Below, piece after piece: positions 31,199-39,815 of a stretch of DNA of 47,057 nucleotides (its first letter is position 1; every line of letters begins with the position of its first letter). This DNA is from Steroidobacteraceae bacterium (lineage in GTDB: Bacteria; Chloroflexota; Limnocylindria; QHBO01), in contig JAICUY010000004.1 in assembly GCA_025935615.1 (NCBI GenBank), positions 1-47,057 on the forward strand. The letters are read 5' to 3'. Position numbers and translations under genes: made by a program. The notes beneath the pieces are model-generated. The model did not search any database. It worked only from the letters and a program-made list of their open reading frames with translations, and was not told the origin of the DNA.

Positions 31199-31776
31199 TC
31201 CACAGTTCTCCCGAGGAGCGCGGCGAGCGCGGCGGCCACCTGCCGCCGCGTCTCGTCGAGCGTGCCCCGGTTGTCGATCACCACGTCGGCGCGCGCGGCC
31301 TTCTCCTCCTGCGACGATTGCGCAGCGAGCCGCCGTCGTACCGCCGCCGCATCCATGCCCCGCGACGCCGCCAGGCGCCGGACCGCCTCGTCCTCGTCAC
31401 AGATCACCGCCCAGCTCTCATCGAGGGCATCGTTCAGCGGCGACTCGAACAGCTTGATGACCTCCACAGCCGCGACCTCGACACCACCCTCGGCCAGCTC
31501 GGCAAGGCGCTCACGGACGGCGTCGCGGACGCGGGGATGGAGGATCGCCTCGAGGACGCGGAGCGCCGCCTCGTCGGCGAAGACGATCTCGCCCAGGCGT
31601 CGCGCGTCGATCGTCCCGAAGCGGCGCTCGATGGCCCGGCGCGCATCGGCGTCGTTCTGCCGGATCTGGCGCGCCAGCGCATCCGCGTCGATCGTCGCCG
31701 CGCCGAGCTCGCGGAGCATCCCGGCCACGCTGGACTTGCCGCAGCCGATGTTGCCGGTGAGGCCGATCACCTTCAT
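31195..31776 (-). CDS. coaE: Dephospho-CoA kinase
   Basis: IGLTGNIGCGKSSV, IDAD, LEAILHP.V, ADVVIDN.G; polA-mutM-coaE order. Confidence 0.96.
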   Translation of the reverse strand: MKVIGLTGNIGCGKSSVAGMLRELGAATIDADALARQIRQNDADARRAIERRFGTIDARRLGEIVFADEAALRVLEAILHPRVRDAVRERLAELAEGGVEVAAVEVIKLFESPLNDALDESWAVICDEDEAVRRLAASRGMDAAAVRRRLAAQSSQEEKAARADVVIDNRGTLDETRRQVAAALAALLGRTVD

Positions 31777-32666
31777 CGGTCAGGCGGCCCGCCGAATGGC
31801 TGGCAGTGCGCGCAGAAGTGGGTGCTGCGCTGCCCGACAACGATGCGGCTGATGGGCCGGCCGCAACGCAGGCATGGCTCGTCGGTCCGCCGGTAGACCT
31901 TCAGCCGCTCGGCGTTGGCACCCGGCTCACCGTCCGCTCCGACATAGTCGCTGAAGCTGGCGCCTCGGTTGCGCACTCCCTGGCGCAAGACCGACCGGAT
32001 CGACCGATGCAGCCGCCGCACCTCCTCGTCGCTCAGCGAGTCTGCCGGCCGCAGGGGATGCAGGCGCGCGCGCCACAGCGCCTCGTCGGCGTAGATGTTG
32101 CCGATGCCCGCGACGAACGACTGGTCGAGCAGGAGCGTCTTCAGGCGCGCGCGGCGTCCCCGCAACCGCTCCCGGAGCCGATCGCTGCTGAAGGCAGCGG
32201 CGAGTGGCTCCGGCCCGTGGCGCGCGAAGACATCGCCGACCCGCTCGCGCAACCTCGCGGGCCCCTTTCGCCGTGCCGCGCGCTGGCGCAGCCCGCCGCC
32301 CTGCCACAGCCCGATCCGACCGAACTTGCGCACGTCGCGATAGCGCAGCTCGCGGCCGTCGGCGAGGGTGAAGATGACGCGGGCATACGGATCGGGCGCC
32401 GTTCCCGGCGGGCTCACGATCAGCGCGCCGGTCATGCGCAAAGCGACGGTCAGCACGCGGCCGTCCGCAAGGTGAATGAGCACCGTCTTCGCCCGGCGCC
32501 CGACCCGATCGATTCGGGCACCGCGCAGCTCGACCACGAACCGTTCGGGCGGCTGCGGATGGACAATCGTGCGCTCCCATGCGACGGCGGCATCGACGAT
32601 AGTCGCGCCGGCGACCCAGCGCTGCAGGTCGCGGGCGACGGTCTCGACCTCGGGGAGCTCCGGCAT
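31773..32666 (-). CDS. mutM: Formamidopyrimidine-DNA glycosylase
   Basis: MPELPEVE, RRAK, LRMTG, D.RKFG, GIGNIYADE, zinc finger C..CG...RSTHFC..CQ. Confidence 0.98.
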   Translation of the reverse strand: MPELPEVETVARDLQRWVAGATIVDAAVAWERTIVHPQPPERFVVELRGARIDRVGRRAKTVLIHLADGRVLTVALRMTGALIVSPPGTAPDPYARVIFTLADGRELRYRDVRKFGRIGLWQGGGLRQRAARRKGPARLRERVGDVFARHGPEPLAAAFSSDRLRERLRGRRARLKTLLLDQSFVAGIGNIYADEALWRARLHPLRPADSLSDEEVRRLHRSIRSVLRQGVRNRGASFSDYVGADGEPGANAERLKVYRRTDEPCLRCGRPISRIVVGQRSTHFCAHCQPFGGPPDR

Positions 32667-32698
32667 GGCGAGGAGTCTGCCGCATCGGCGCCGGGCGG

Positions 32699-35566
32699 TC
32701 AGACCAGCTCGGCGCTCACCTCTTCGTCGGCCTCTTCACGGGCGACCTCGCCCGCCGACTTCGGCCGGCGCCGCCAGGCGCCATCGACCAGCTCGTATCG
32801 GTCCATCTGCTCCCAGTTCTGTCCGACCTTCAGGTCGACCTCGAGCGGCACGTCGAGCGGCAACGCTCCCTCCATCAGCTCCTTGACGAGAGTGGCGAGG
32901 TCCGGCAGCTCCTCCTCATCGGTCTCGAAGACGAGCTCGTCGTGGACCTGGAGCAGCATCCGCGAGCGGAGGCCGCGCTCGCGGAGCGCCGCGTCGACGC
33001 GAACCATGGCGATCTTCATCCCGTCGGCCGCCGTGCCCTGGATCGGCATGTTGATCGCCATCCGCTCCCCCGCCGATCGCAGCGCGCCATTACGGGCGGT
33101 GAGCTCGGGGAGGTAGCGCCGCCGGCCCAGCAGCGTGGTGACGAACCCCTGGTCGCGGGCCAGGATCTTCATCTCGACCGTGTAGCGCCGAATGCCCTCG
33201 TACGCCGCGAAGTAGTCGGCGATGAAGCGCTGCGCTTCCTCGCGCGGAATCTTCAGCCGCTCGGCCAGGCCGTAGTCCGAGAGGCCGTAGGCGATGCCGT
33301 AATTGATCATCTTGGCCACGCTGCGCTCCTTCGGCCCGACCTGTTCGGGCGCCAGCCCGAGCACCCGAGCCGCGGCGGCGAGATGGATGTCGGAGTGCGC
33401 GTCGAAGTCGGCACGCAGCCCCGGATCGGCCGAGACGTGGGCCAGGATGCGGAGCTCCTGTTGGGAATAATCGGCGCCCAGCAGCAGCTTCCCCGCAGGC
33501 GCCACGAAGGCGCGACGGATACGGCGCCCGAGGCTGGTGCGAATCGGGATGTTCTGAAGGTTCGGATCGGTGCTCGACAGCCGCCCGGTGGCGGCCACCG
33601 CCTGCTGGTAGGTCGTGTGCAGCCGGCCCTCGCCGTCGACCAGCGTCGGCAGCGCGTCGACATACGTCGACTTCAGCTTGGCGACCTGCCGGTGCTCGAG
33701 GATGAGGCCGATCGCCTCGTGCTTGTCGCGCAGCTCCTCGAGGACCGATGCATCGGTCGAATAGCCGGTCCGCGTCCGCTTGGTGGCCGGAAGCTGCAGC
33801 TCGTGGAAGAGCACCTGCTCGAGCTGCTTCGGCGAGCCGATGTTGAACTCACGGCCCACCAGGGCGTAGATGCGTGTCTCCAGGTCATGCAGCGTCGTGC
33901 CGAATTCGTCGCGCATGGCCGCCAGCGCGTCGAGGTCGAGACACACGCCGGCCAGCTCCATGCGGGCCAGGACCGGCACCAGCGGCATCTCGACCTGGTC
34001 GAACAGGTTGGCGAGACCCGCGTCGGTCAGCTCCCGCTCGAGGGCGGGCCGCACGAGCAGCGCCGTCAGTGCCTCACCCGCCGCGCGACGCGCGGACGCC
34101 GCCTCTTCGGCGCCGGTCTCCGGATTCAGCGGCTTCGGCGGCAGCTCGCCGCCGTAGCGGGCAGCGACCAGGTCGTCGAGCGTCTGCGAGCGCAGCGCAG
34201 GGTTGACCATGTACGACGCGACCTGCGTATCGAAGCAGCTGCCGTCGAGCGCCACCCCGCGCGCGCCGAGCATGACCATCAGCTGCTTGATGTCGTGCCC
34301 GACGACGGGACGGTCGCCGCGCGAGAACCACGCCGGCAGTGGACGATCGTCGGTCCACGGGAGGTACCAGGTCGTCCCATCCGCGCCGGCCAGCGCGACC
34401 CCGAACAGATCCCGATCCAACGGACGCCCGGCGCCGGCCGCCCAGCCGAGGCCCACCGCATCCTCGTGCGCCGTCAGCCACGCGTCGAGGGCGACCAGGT
34501 CATCGTCCCCGCGGGCGATCCGCGGGTCGACGTGCTCGATCGCGCCACCCGGATTGCCGAGCGGATCCGGCTGCGATCGCGGGAGCCGCGGCGCATCGGC
34601 CTCGGCCCGCGCGGCGCCACCCAGCAGGTCGAGGCTGAGCTGCAGGCCGCCCTTCGTCTCGCGATCGGTCGGCTCCGGCCCGCTGGGCGCGATGCTCGAC
34701 GCCGGCAGCCGGTCGATCAGGGACCGGAACTCCAGCTCGCGGAAGCGCTGCGCCACGGCGCGGCGGTCGTAACGACCGGTGCGCGCTTCCTCGATCTTCA
34801 GCTCGACCGGCAGGTCGCACAGGATGCGGCCGATCTGGCGGCTCATGAATGCCGACTCGCGGTGCTCGGCCAACCGATCGCGCAGCTTGCCCTTCACCTC
34901 GTCCAGCCGCTCGTAGATTGCGTCGAGCGATTCGAACTGCTGCAGCAGCTGGCTGGCCGTCTTCTCGCCGACGCCCGGGACGCCCGGAATGTTGTCCGAG
35001 GTGTCGCCCTTGAGGGCCTTGTAATCGAGCATCTGGCTCGGCGTGAGGCCGTATCGGTCCATCACCCTGGCTTCGTCATAGATCACCGTCGCCGCCACGC
35101 CCATGCGCGTAGTGAGCAGCCGCACGTGGTCATTGACCAGCTGGAGGCCGTCGAGATCGCCGGACACGATCATCGTGTCGATGCCCGCCGCGGTCGCCTC
35201 CTGGACCAGCGTGCCGATCACGTCGTCGGCTTCATAGCCCTCGAGCTCGCGGATGGGCATCCCCATCATGGTCGCGATCTCGCGGACCAGCGGGAACTGG
35301 CTGCGCAGGTCGTCGGGCATGCTCGGCCGGCCGGCCTTGTACTCCGGGTACGCATCGAAGCGGAACTGCGGCTTGCCCATGTCGAAGGTCACGATGGCGT
35401 AGTCGGGCTTGATGTCCTGCATGCCCCGCAGGACGATCTGCAGGAAGCCGAATGCGGCGTTCACCAGCGTCCCGTCCGAGGTGGTCAGCGGCGGCAGCGC
35501 GAAGTAGCCGCGGTACACCAGGCTGGGACCGTCGATCAGCATCAGCAGGGGTCGTCGTTCAGGCAT
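32699..35566 (-). CDS. polA: DNA polymerase I (start re-called at ATG 35566)
   Basis: 5' nuclease LIDG...YKAGR, EADD, GDTSDNIPGVPGVG; polymerase TGRLSS..PNLQNIP, ADYSQQELR, NMPIQGTAAD, QVHDEL. Confidence 0.99.
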   Translation of the reverse strand: MPERRPLLMLIDGPSLVYRGYFALPPLTTSDGTLVNAAFGFLQIVLRGMQDIKPDYAIVTFDMGKPQFRFDAYPEYKAGRPSMPDDLRSQFPLVREIATMMGMPIRELEGYEADDVIGTLVQEATAAGIDTMIVSGDLDGLQLVNDHVRLLTTRMGVAATVIYDEARVMDRYGLTPSQMLDYKALKGDTSDNIPGVPGVGEKTASQLLQQFESLDAIYERLDEVKGKLRDRLAEHRESAFMSRQIGRILCDLPVELKIEEARTGRYDRRAVAQRFRELEFRSLIDRLPASSIAPSGPEPTDRETKGGLQLSLDLLGGAARAEADAPRLPRSQPDPLGNPGGAIEHVDPRIARGDDDLVALDAWLTAHEDAVGLGWAAGAGRPLDRDLFGVALAGADGTTWYLPWTDDRPLPAWFSRGDRPVVGHDIKQLMVMLGARGVALDGSCFDTQVASYMVNPALRSQTLDDLVAARYGGELPPKPLNPETGAEEAASARRAAGEALTALLVRPALERELTDAGLANLFDQVEMPLVPVLARMELAGVCLDLDALAAMRDEFGTTLHDLETRIYALVGREFNIGSPKQLEQVLFHELQLPATKRTRTGYSTDASVLEELRDKHEAIGLILEHRQVAKLKSTYVDALPTLVDGEGRLHTTYQQAVAATGRLSSTDPNLQNIPIRTSLGRRIRRAFVAPAGKLLLGADYSQQELRILAHVSADPGLRADFDAHSDIHLAAAARVLGLAPEQVGPKERSVAKMINYGIAYGLSDYGLAERLKIPREEAQRFIADYFAAYEGIRRYTVEMKILARDQGFVTTLLGRRRYLPELTARNGALRSAGERMAINMPIQGTAADGMKIAMVRVDAALRERGLRSRMLLQVHDELVFETDEEELPDLATLVKELMEGALPLDVPLEVDLKVGQNWEQMDRYELVDGAWRRRPKSAGEVAREEADEEVSAELV

Positions 35567-35646
35567 GGCCGATGGCCAGTCTAGACCGATGCGGCCGGTT
35601 CCCGGCCGCTGCTCAGCGCCGCTCGGACCGCCGTAGAATCGCCGCG

Positions 35647-36153
35647 ATGCCGAACCGCACGCAGGTCGATCCGTACGCCGTCCTGGGCGTTCCGCGCGAC
35701 GCATCGCCGCTGCAGGTGGCGCGCGCTCACCGGCGCCTGGCGAAGCGCTATCACCCGGACCTCGGCGCCGAGGGCGACACCGAGCGGATGCGCCGCATCA
35801 ACGAGGCGTGGGCACTCCTGTCGGTGCCGGCCCGCCGCGCCGAGTTCGACCGGAGCCACCCGCTCGTCGCCGGCGCGACGGCGGGCCACTGGGCCGGCAC
35901 GCGGCGGCCGATTCATCCGAGCGCCCCGTCAACGACGCGCAGCTGGGCCACCTGGCGCGCCACGGCGGCCGAGACGCGCGCCGCGCCCCGCACACGGCGC
36001 ACGCCGGGCGAGGTGCAGATTCCGGTGACGCGGCGGCCGCCGGCGCGCCAGCCGGAGGCGGCGTCGTTCCGCGATTCGGGATGGGCCGCGCTGTTCGTGG
36101 CCGCGGTGCTGCTGCTGCTCCTGTTGAGCGCGATCGTCCTGGGACGGCTCTAG
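35647..36153 (+). CDS. J-domain protein with C-terminal TM anchor
   Basis: DPYAVLGV...LAKRYHPD...INEAW; C-terminal hydrophobic helix; TAGAAT 7 nt upstream. Confidence 0.88.
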   Translation: MPNRTQVDPYAVLGVPRDASPLQVARAHRRLAKRYHPDLGAEGDTERMRRINEAWALLSVPARRAEFDRSHPLVAGATAGHWAGTRRPIHPSAPSTTRSWATWRATAAETRAAPRTRRTPGEVQIPVTRRPPARQPEAASFRDSGWAALFVAAVLLLLLLSAIVLGRL

Positions 36154-36154
36154 C

Positions 36155-36760
36155 TCACCCCGCTCGCGGCAGGACGGCGTAGCGCAGCACCAGCGCGCCG
36201 GCGACGAGGACGAGGCCCGCACCCAGCACGACCGGCCACACCACGACGTTGACGGGCGCGGACGGCGGCGTCTGCCCATGCTTGGCGCCGCCGTCAGTGG
36301 CGAGGTTCCGACCACCGTCGTACGCGTCGTAGCCGCTTGGCGCGGGCTGGCCTCCGCCCGAGACTGCTCCCTGGTCGGTCGCGGGCTGCGCCACCTCGGC
36401 CGGCGCGGCACCGCTGGCGGCCATCCCGCTCAGCAGCGACCCGAAGGAGCCGACGCCGCCAGCGACCGCCAGCAGCACCCCTGCCGCCAGCGTCGGCGCG
36501 AACAGCCCGCGCAGCAAGCTCGTGCGGCCGCGACCAGGCTCGGGTGCCGGCGGCAGCAGGCGCAGCGGACGCGGCGGCGTCACATCGGGAAGGGCCGACA
36601 GCGCCGTGCGCAGGGCAGCCAGCTCGTCGACCGTGCGGCGGCATCGGTCACAGCTGGCGACGTGTGCGATCAGCGCCCGGTCGGCGGTCGCCTCCGGATC
36701 GCCCTCCGCCAGCGCCGAGAGCCGCTCGTCGTCGGGATGGCGGTTCGGGTCGTGCATCAT
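36155..36760 (-). CDS. Zinc-binding (ZAS) membrane anti-sigma factor
   Basis: H..ERLSAL.EG...HVASCDRC motif, two hydrophobic segments, directly downstream of ECF sigma. Confidence 0.88.
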   Translation of the reverse strand: MMHDPNRHPDDERLSALAEGDPEATADRALIAHVASCDRCRRTVDELAALRTALSALPDVTPPRPLRLLPPAPEPGRGRTSLLRGLFAPTLAAGVLLAVAGGVGSFGSLLSGMAASGAAPAEVAQPATDQGAVSGGGQPAPSGYDAYDGGRNLATDGGAKHGQTPPSAPVNVVVWPVVLGAGLVLVAGALVLRYAVLPRAG

Positions 36761-36773
36761 GGATCAGACGCCC

Positions 36774-37382
36774 TCATGGGCGGAACAGTTCCCGCTGCTC
36801 GGCCAGCAGTTCGCGCAGTCGGAGCCGTCCGCGGTGGATGCGTGACTTCACCGTGCCAAGCGCCGACGAGGTCAGCGAGGCGACCTGGTGGTAGTCCATC
36901 CCGTAGACGTCGGCGAGCACGACCGCCGTGCGCTGGTCCTCGGGGAGCAGCCGCAATGCAGCGTCGAGGTGCCGGTACATCTCGCCTCGCGCCGCCTCGT
37001 CGGACGGCGCCGGCAGGCCGTGATCGGCCAGCTCGGCCTCGCCTTCGGCCGGATCGGGAAGCGCCTGCGTCGGTCGCCGCTGGGCGCGGCGCAGGATGTC
37101 GTACGCGGCATTGGCGGTGATGCGCAACATCCACGAACGGAACGCGCCGCCGCGGTATCGGTCGATGGCGTCGAAGGCGTGCACGAAGGCGTCCTGCGTC
37201 GCATCGGCCGCCATTTCCGCATCGTTGAGCAGCCGCCAGGCCAGGCCATAGCAGGCGCTCTGGTAGTGCTCGACCAGCCTGGCGAAGGCGCCGCGATCGC
37301 CGGCGACGGCACGTGCCACGAGCGCCTCCTCGTCGGGAAGCGGCGCGGTGCGCCGGGTGGCCGCTGGCTGGGGCTCGGGCAT
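36774..37382 (-). CDS. ECF RNA polymerase sigma factor
   Basis: Region 2 ADATQDAF...FRSWMLRITAN, region 4 LPEDQR...GTVKSRIHRGR. Confidence 0.95.
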   Translation of the reverse strand: MPEPQPAATRRTAPLPDEEALVARAVAGDRGAFARLVEHYQSACYGLAWRLLNDAEMAADATQDAFVHAFDAIDRYRGGAFRSWMLRITANAAYDILRRAQRRPTQALPDPAEGEAELADHGLPAPSDEAARGEMYRHLDAALRLLPEDQRTAVVLADVYGMDYHQVASLTSSALGTVKSRIHRGRLRLRELLAEQRELFRP

Positions 37383-37409
37383 CGGCTGCCTATAATGACG
37401 CGGCACTGT

Positions 37410-37496
37410 GCCGGAGTGGCGGAACAGGCAGACGCGACGGTCTCAAACACCGTTGAGGGAAACCTCTTGTGGGTTCGACCCCCACCTCCGGTACCA
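37410..37496 (+). tRNA. tRNA-Leu(CAA)
   Basis: GCCGGAGTGGCGGAACAGGCAGACGCG, arm ACGGT-CTCAAAC-ACCGT, long variable arm, GGTTCGACCCC, ACCA; TATAAT at 37391-37396. Confidence 0.96.
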
Positions 37497-37550
37497 GCCC
37501 TGCTAGGCTGGCGCGGCCCAACCGTCGCTTGAGGGAGTGCGGACCGATCC

Positions 37551-38234
37551 ATGACCGGCGACAGCGTCGAGTGCTTCAACTGTGGGCGCCCGAATCCTGC
37601 CTGGGCGCGCGTCTGCCGATACTGTGGCGTCCCCCTTGTCGCCGGTGACGCCGCCGCCGTCAACAGCGGTCCATTCCCCACCGACCAGCATTCGCTGCTC
37701 TCGATGGGCGCCGCCATCGCCACCATCGTGGCGGCGGTGATCGTCGGGGTGATCTTCTCGAACATCAACCCGACCGATCCAACGGTGGGCCTGGCACCCA
37801 GCCCCACGCCGCAGGCCTCCCAGCCGGTGCCGTCGGCCTCGACCGAGCCGAGCGCCGAGCCGACCAAGACGCCCAAGCCCACGCCCAAGCTGCCCGGCAC
37901 GGTTGCCTTCGGGACCGGGGTCGACTCGTCGTCCTGCAAGCTCACCGACGAGACCAACACGTTCGGGCCGGGGACCGGATTCGCCCACGTCATCACCCTG
38001 GACGAGCCCTTCGGCGTCAACCAGCTCACCGAGCGCATCAGCCGGATCCGCAAGAACGGCACGACCAAGGTCGTGGAGGAAGGGGCGAACCGCGCACCGG
38101 CTGACGAGCATGTCGTCTGCTACGCGGTCCGCAGCAACGACGTCATCTCCAACTGGGGCACCGGCCGCTTCCTGATGCGCGTCTACCGCGGCGACGAGGA
38201 GATCGCCTCGGCGAGGTTCCGCCTCACCGACTAG
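37551..38234 (+). CDS. Zinc-ribbon membrane protein with Pro/Thr linker and extracytoplasmic beta domain
   Basis: CFNCG...CRYCG, one TM helix, PSPTP-rich linker, two Cys in C-terminal domain. Confidence 0.82.
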   Translation: MTGDSVECFNCGRPNPAWARVCRYCGVPLVAGDAAAVNSGPFPTDQHSLLSMGAAIATIVAAVIVGVIFSNINPTDPTVGLAPSPTPQASQPVPSASTEPSAEPTKTPKPTPKLPGTVAFGTGVDSSSCKLTDETNTFGPGTGFAHVITLDEPFGVNQLTERISRIRKNGTTKVVEEGANRAPADEHVVCYAVRSNDVISNWGTGRFLMRVYRGDEEIASARFRLTD

Positions 38235-39102
38235 CGGGTTCGTCCCGGCGGCTGCCGTCCACCGTCGCGATCTCCGACCAGGCGCCGGCATACAGATCGG
38301 CACGGATCGGCAGGTAGCCCGGATACTCGGTTCGGTTCTGCGCGATGACTCGCGAGTCGAGCGTGACGAGGGCGACGGGATCGGTCGTCTCGACGAGCAT
38401 CTCGCCGTCCGGGTCGACCGCTACCGATGGCCCGCCGATCAGGACACCCTCCTCGGGGTGCGGCCGGTTGACGCTGATCACGTACACGCAGCTCGTCAAC
38501 GCGATGGCACGGAAGACGATCCGCCACCGCGCATAGGTCGCTTCCTCGGTGGCACGTGGCGCCAGGACGGCGTGCACGCCCTGGGCGCCCAGGAGGTGCG
38601 ACCCCTCCGGGCGGTTGATATCGCTGCAGATCTGGACGCCCACGGGCAGCCCGAACACATCGATGCGCCGGGGCGCCTGTGTCCCCGGCCGGTAGTGGCT
38701 CGTCTCCCAGAAGCCGGGCTCCTCGGGCAGATGCAGCTTCTCGTAGGTCGCGCACAGCTCACCGGTGCGGTCAAAGACGAGCGCGCGGCTCGTTCGCCTG
38801 CCGTCGTCAGCCCGGTGGATGATGCCGCCCACCAGACCGATGCCGGCCTCGCGCGCGGCGTACGCCTGCGTCTGCATCCGCGGACCACCCATCGGTTCGG
38901 CGTCCGCCTCGACAGCATCCTTTGTCGCCGGCCGCCACGGGTTGAGCGGAAGCTCGGGAAGCACGGCGACGTCGGCACCCTGCTCGGCAGCTTCGGTCAG
39001 TCGCTCGCGGAGCCGCTGCTGGCCGTCCGGTTCCCAGAAGACCTCCGAAATGAGCGCGACGGTGAGCTTGCCATCGGTCCGAGGCGCGGGCGTATCGGTC
39101 AT
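38224..39102 (-). CDS. Carbon-nitrogen hydrolase (nitrilase superfamily, AguB-like)
   Basis: Catalytic triad contexts VLPEL, YEKLHLP, QICSD; TAGGCT 6 nt upstream. Confidence 0.9.
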   Translation of the reverse strand: MTDTPAPRTDGKLTVALISEVFWEPDGQQRLRERLTEAAEQGADVAVLPELPLNPWRPATKDAVEADAEPMGGPRMQTQAYAAREAGIGLVGGIIHRADDGRRTSRALVFDRTGELCATYEKLHLPEEPGFWETSHYRPGTQAPRRIDVFGLPVGVQICSDINRPEGSHLLGAQGVHAVLAPRATEEATYARWRIVFRAIALTSCVYVISVNRPHPEEGVLIGGPSVAVDPDGEMLVETTDPVALVTLDSRVIAQNRTEYPGYLPIRADLYAGAWSEIATVDGSRRDEPASR

Positions 39103-39147
39103 GCGCGGAGCCTACCCGCTCCGTGGCTCGCCCGCCCAGTCGCGCGC

Positions 39148-39474
39148 CGAACCGTTCGGATTCACGCCAGGCGACCATTCGGGCGCGCGCTTGTTGCTTC
39201 GAAGGTACGGTCGCTGAACATGACGCGCTGTCCGTGAGGTTCGCCCTTCGCGGGCGGGCAGCACAGGCTTGGGTCCGTCGGCCTTCGGGCGCCCTGCCGA
39301 GCGGTCTCTTGTGGTTCGCGAAACGTCCCGATTCACGCCACGCGACCATTCGCAGCGGACGCCGAGCCTGCGAGCCTCCGAATTCACGCCTCACGTGAAT
39401 GGGAACTCTTCTACCGCAGAATGAGCGCGAGGAGAGCACCCGTATGGGAGCGATTTCACGCCTGACGTGAAATC
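39148..39474. repeat. Cluster of four related TTCACGCC-containing repeats (REP-like or operator-like)
   Basis: 39159-39181 and 39330-39352 match at 22/23; palindromes ATTCACG-cctca-CGTGAAT (39382-39400) and GATTTCACG-cctga-CGTGAAATC (39452-39474). Confidence 0.75.
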
Positions 39475-39796
39475 AGCCCTTTGGATGCGAACCGCCGCCA
39501 TCGCCATTCGAAGGACCGCCGTCGACAGCGGCCCGGAGCAGACCGATGTAGTAGGAGGCGTTCCGCGTGACGTCGGCGTAGTCGGATGGGCGCAGCGAGC
39601 CGAGCTTGTTATAGCGCTCGACGAATCGCTCGGCGGCCTTGCGGCCATCGGTCTGGCCCCAGCCACTCGACTCGGGCGTGAAGAACGGGCAGTTCTCAAC
39701 CGTCGATACGCCGACGGTGAATCCCTTGCCACGGACCGTCTCGAGCCGCTGCCCCTCGAAGCGGCGCGCGAGGTCCAGCAGTCCCTGGTACGTCAT
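39473..39796 (-). CDS. Hypothetical protein, 107 aa
   Basis: Globular-looking sequence starting 19 nt downstream of the Rieske gene stop; family not recognised. Confidence 0.75.
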   Translation of the reverse strand: MTYQGLLDLARRFEGQRLETVRGKGFTVGVSTVENCPFFTPESSGWGQTDGRKAAERFVERYNKLGSLRPSDYADVTRNASYYIGLLRAAVDGGPSNGDGGGSHPKG

Positions 39797-39815
39797 CGAC
39801 GAGCGCCCCACCGCC

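Noticed and set aside
39112-39398. 91-aa ORFs on both strands across the repeat element
   Set aside because: Their internal peptide repeats simply mirror the DNA repeats; no family motifs or convincing initiation signals
39148-39474. CRISPR array
   Set aside because: Spacings of 171, 51 and 72 bp are irregular, repeats fall into two subtypes, and there are no cas genes in the window
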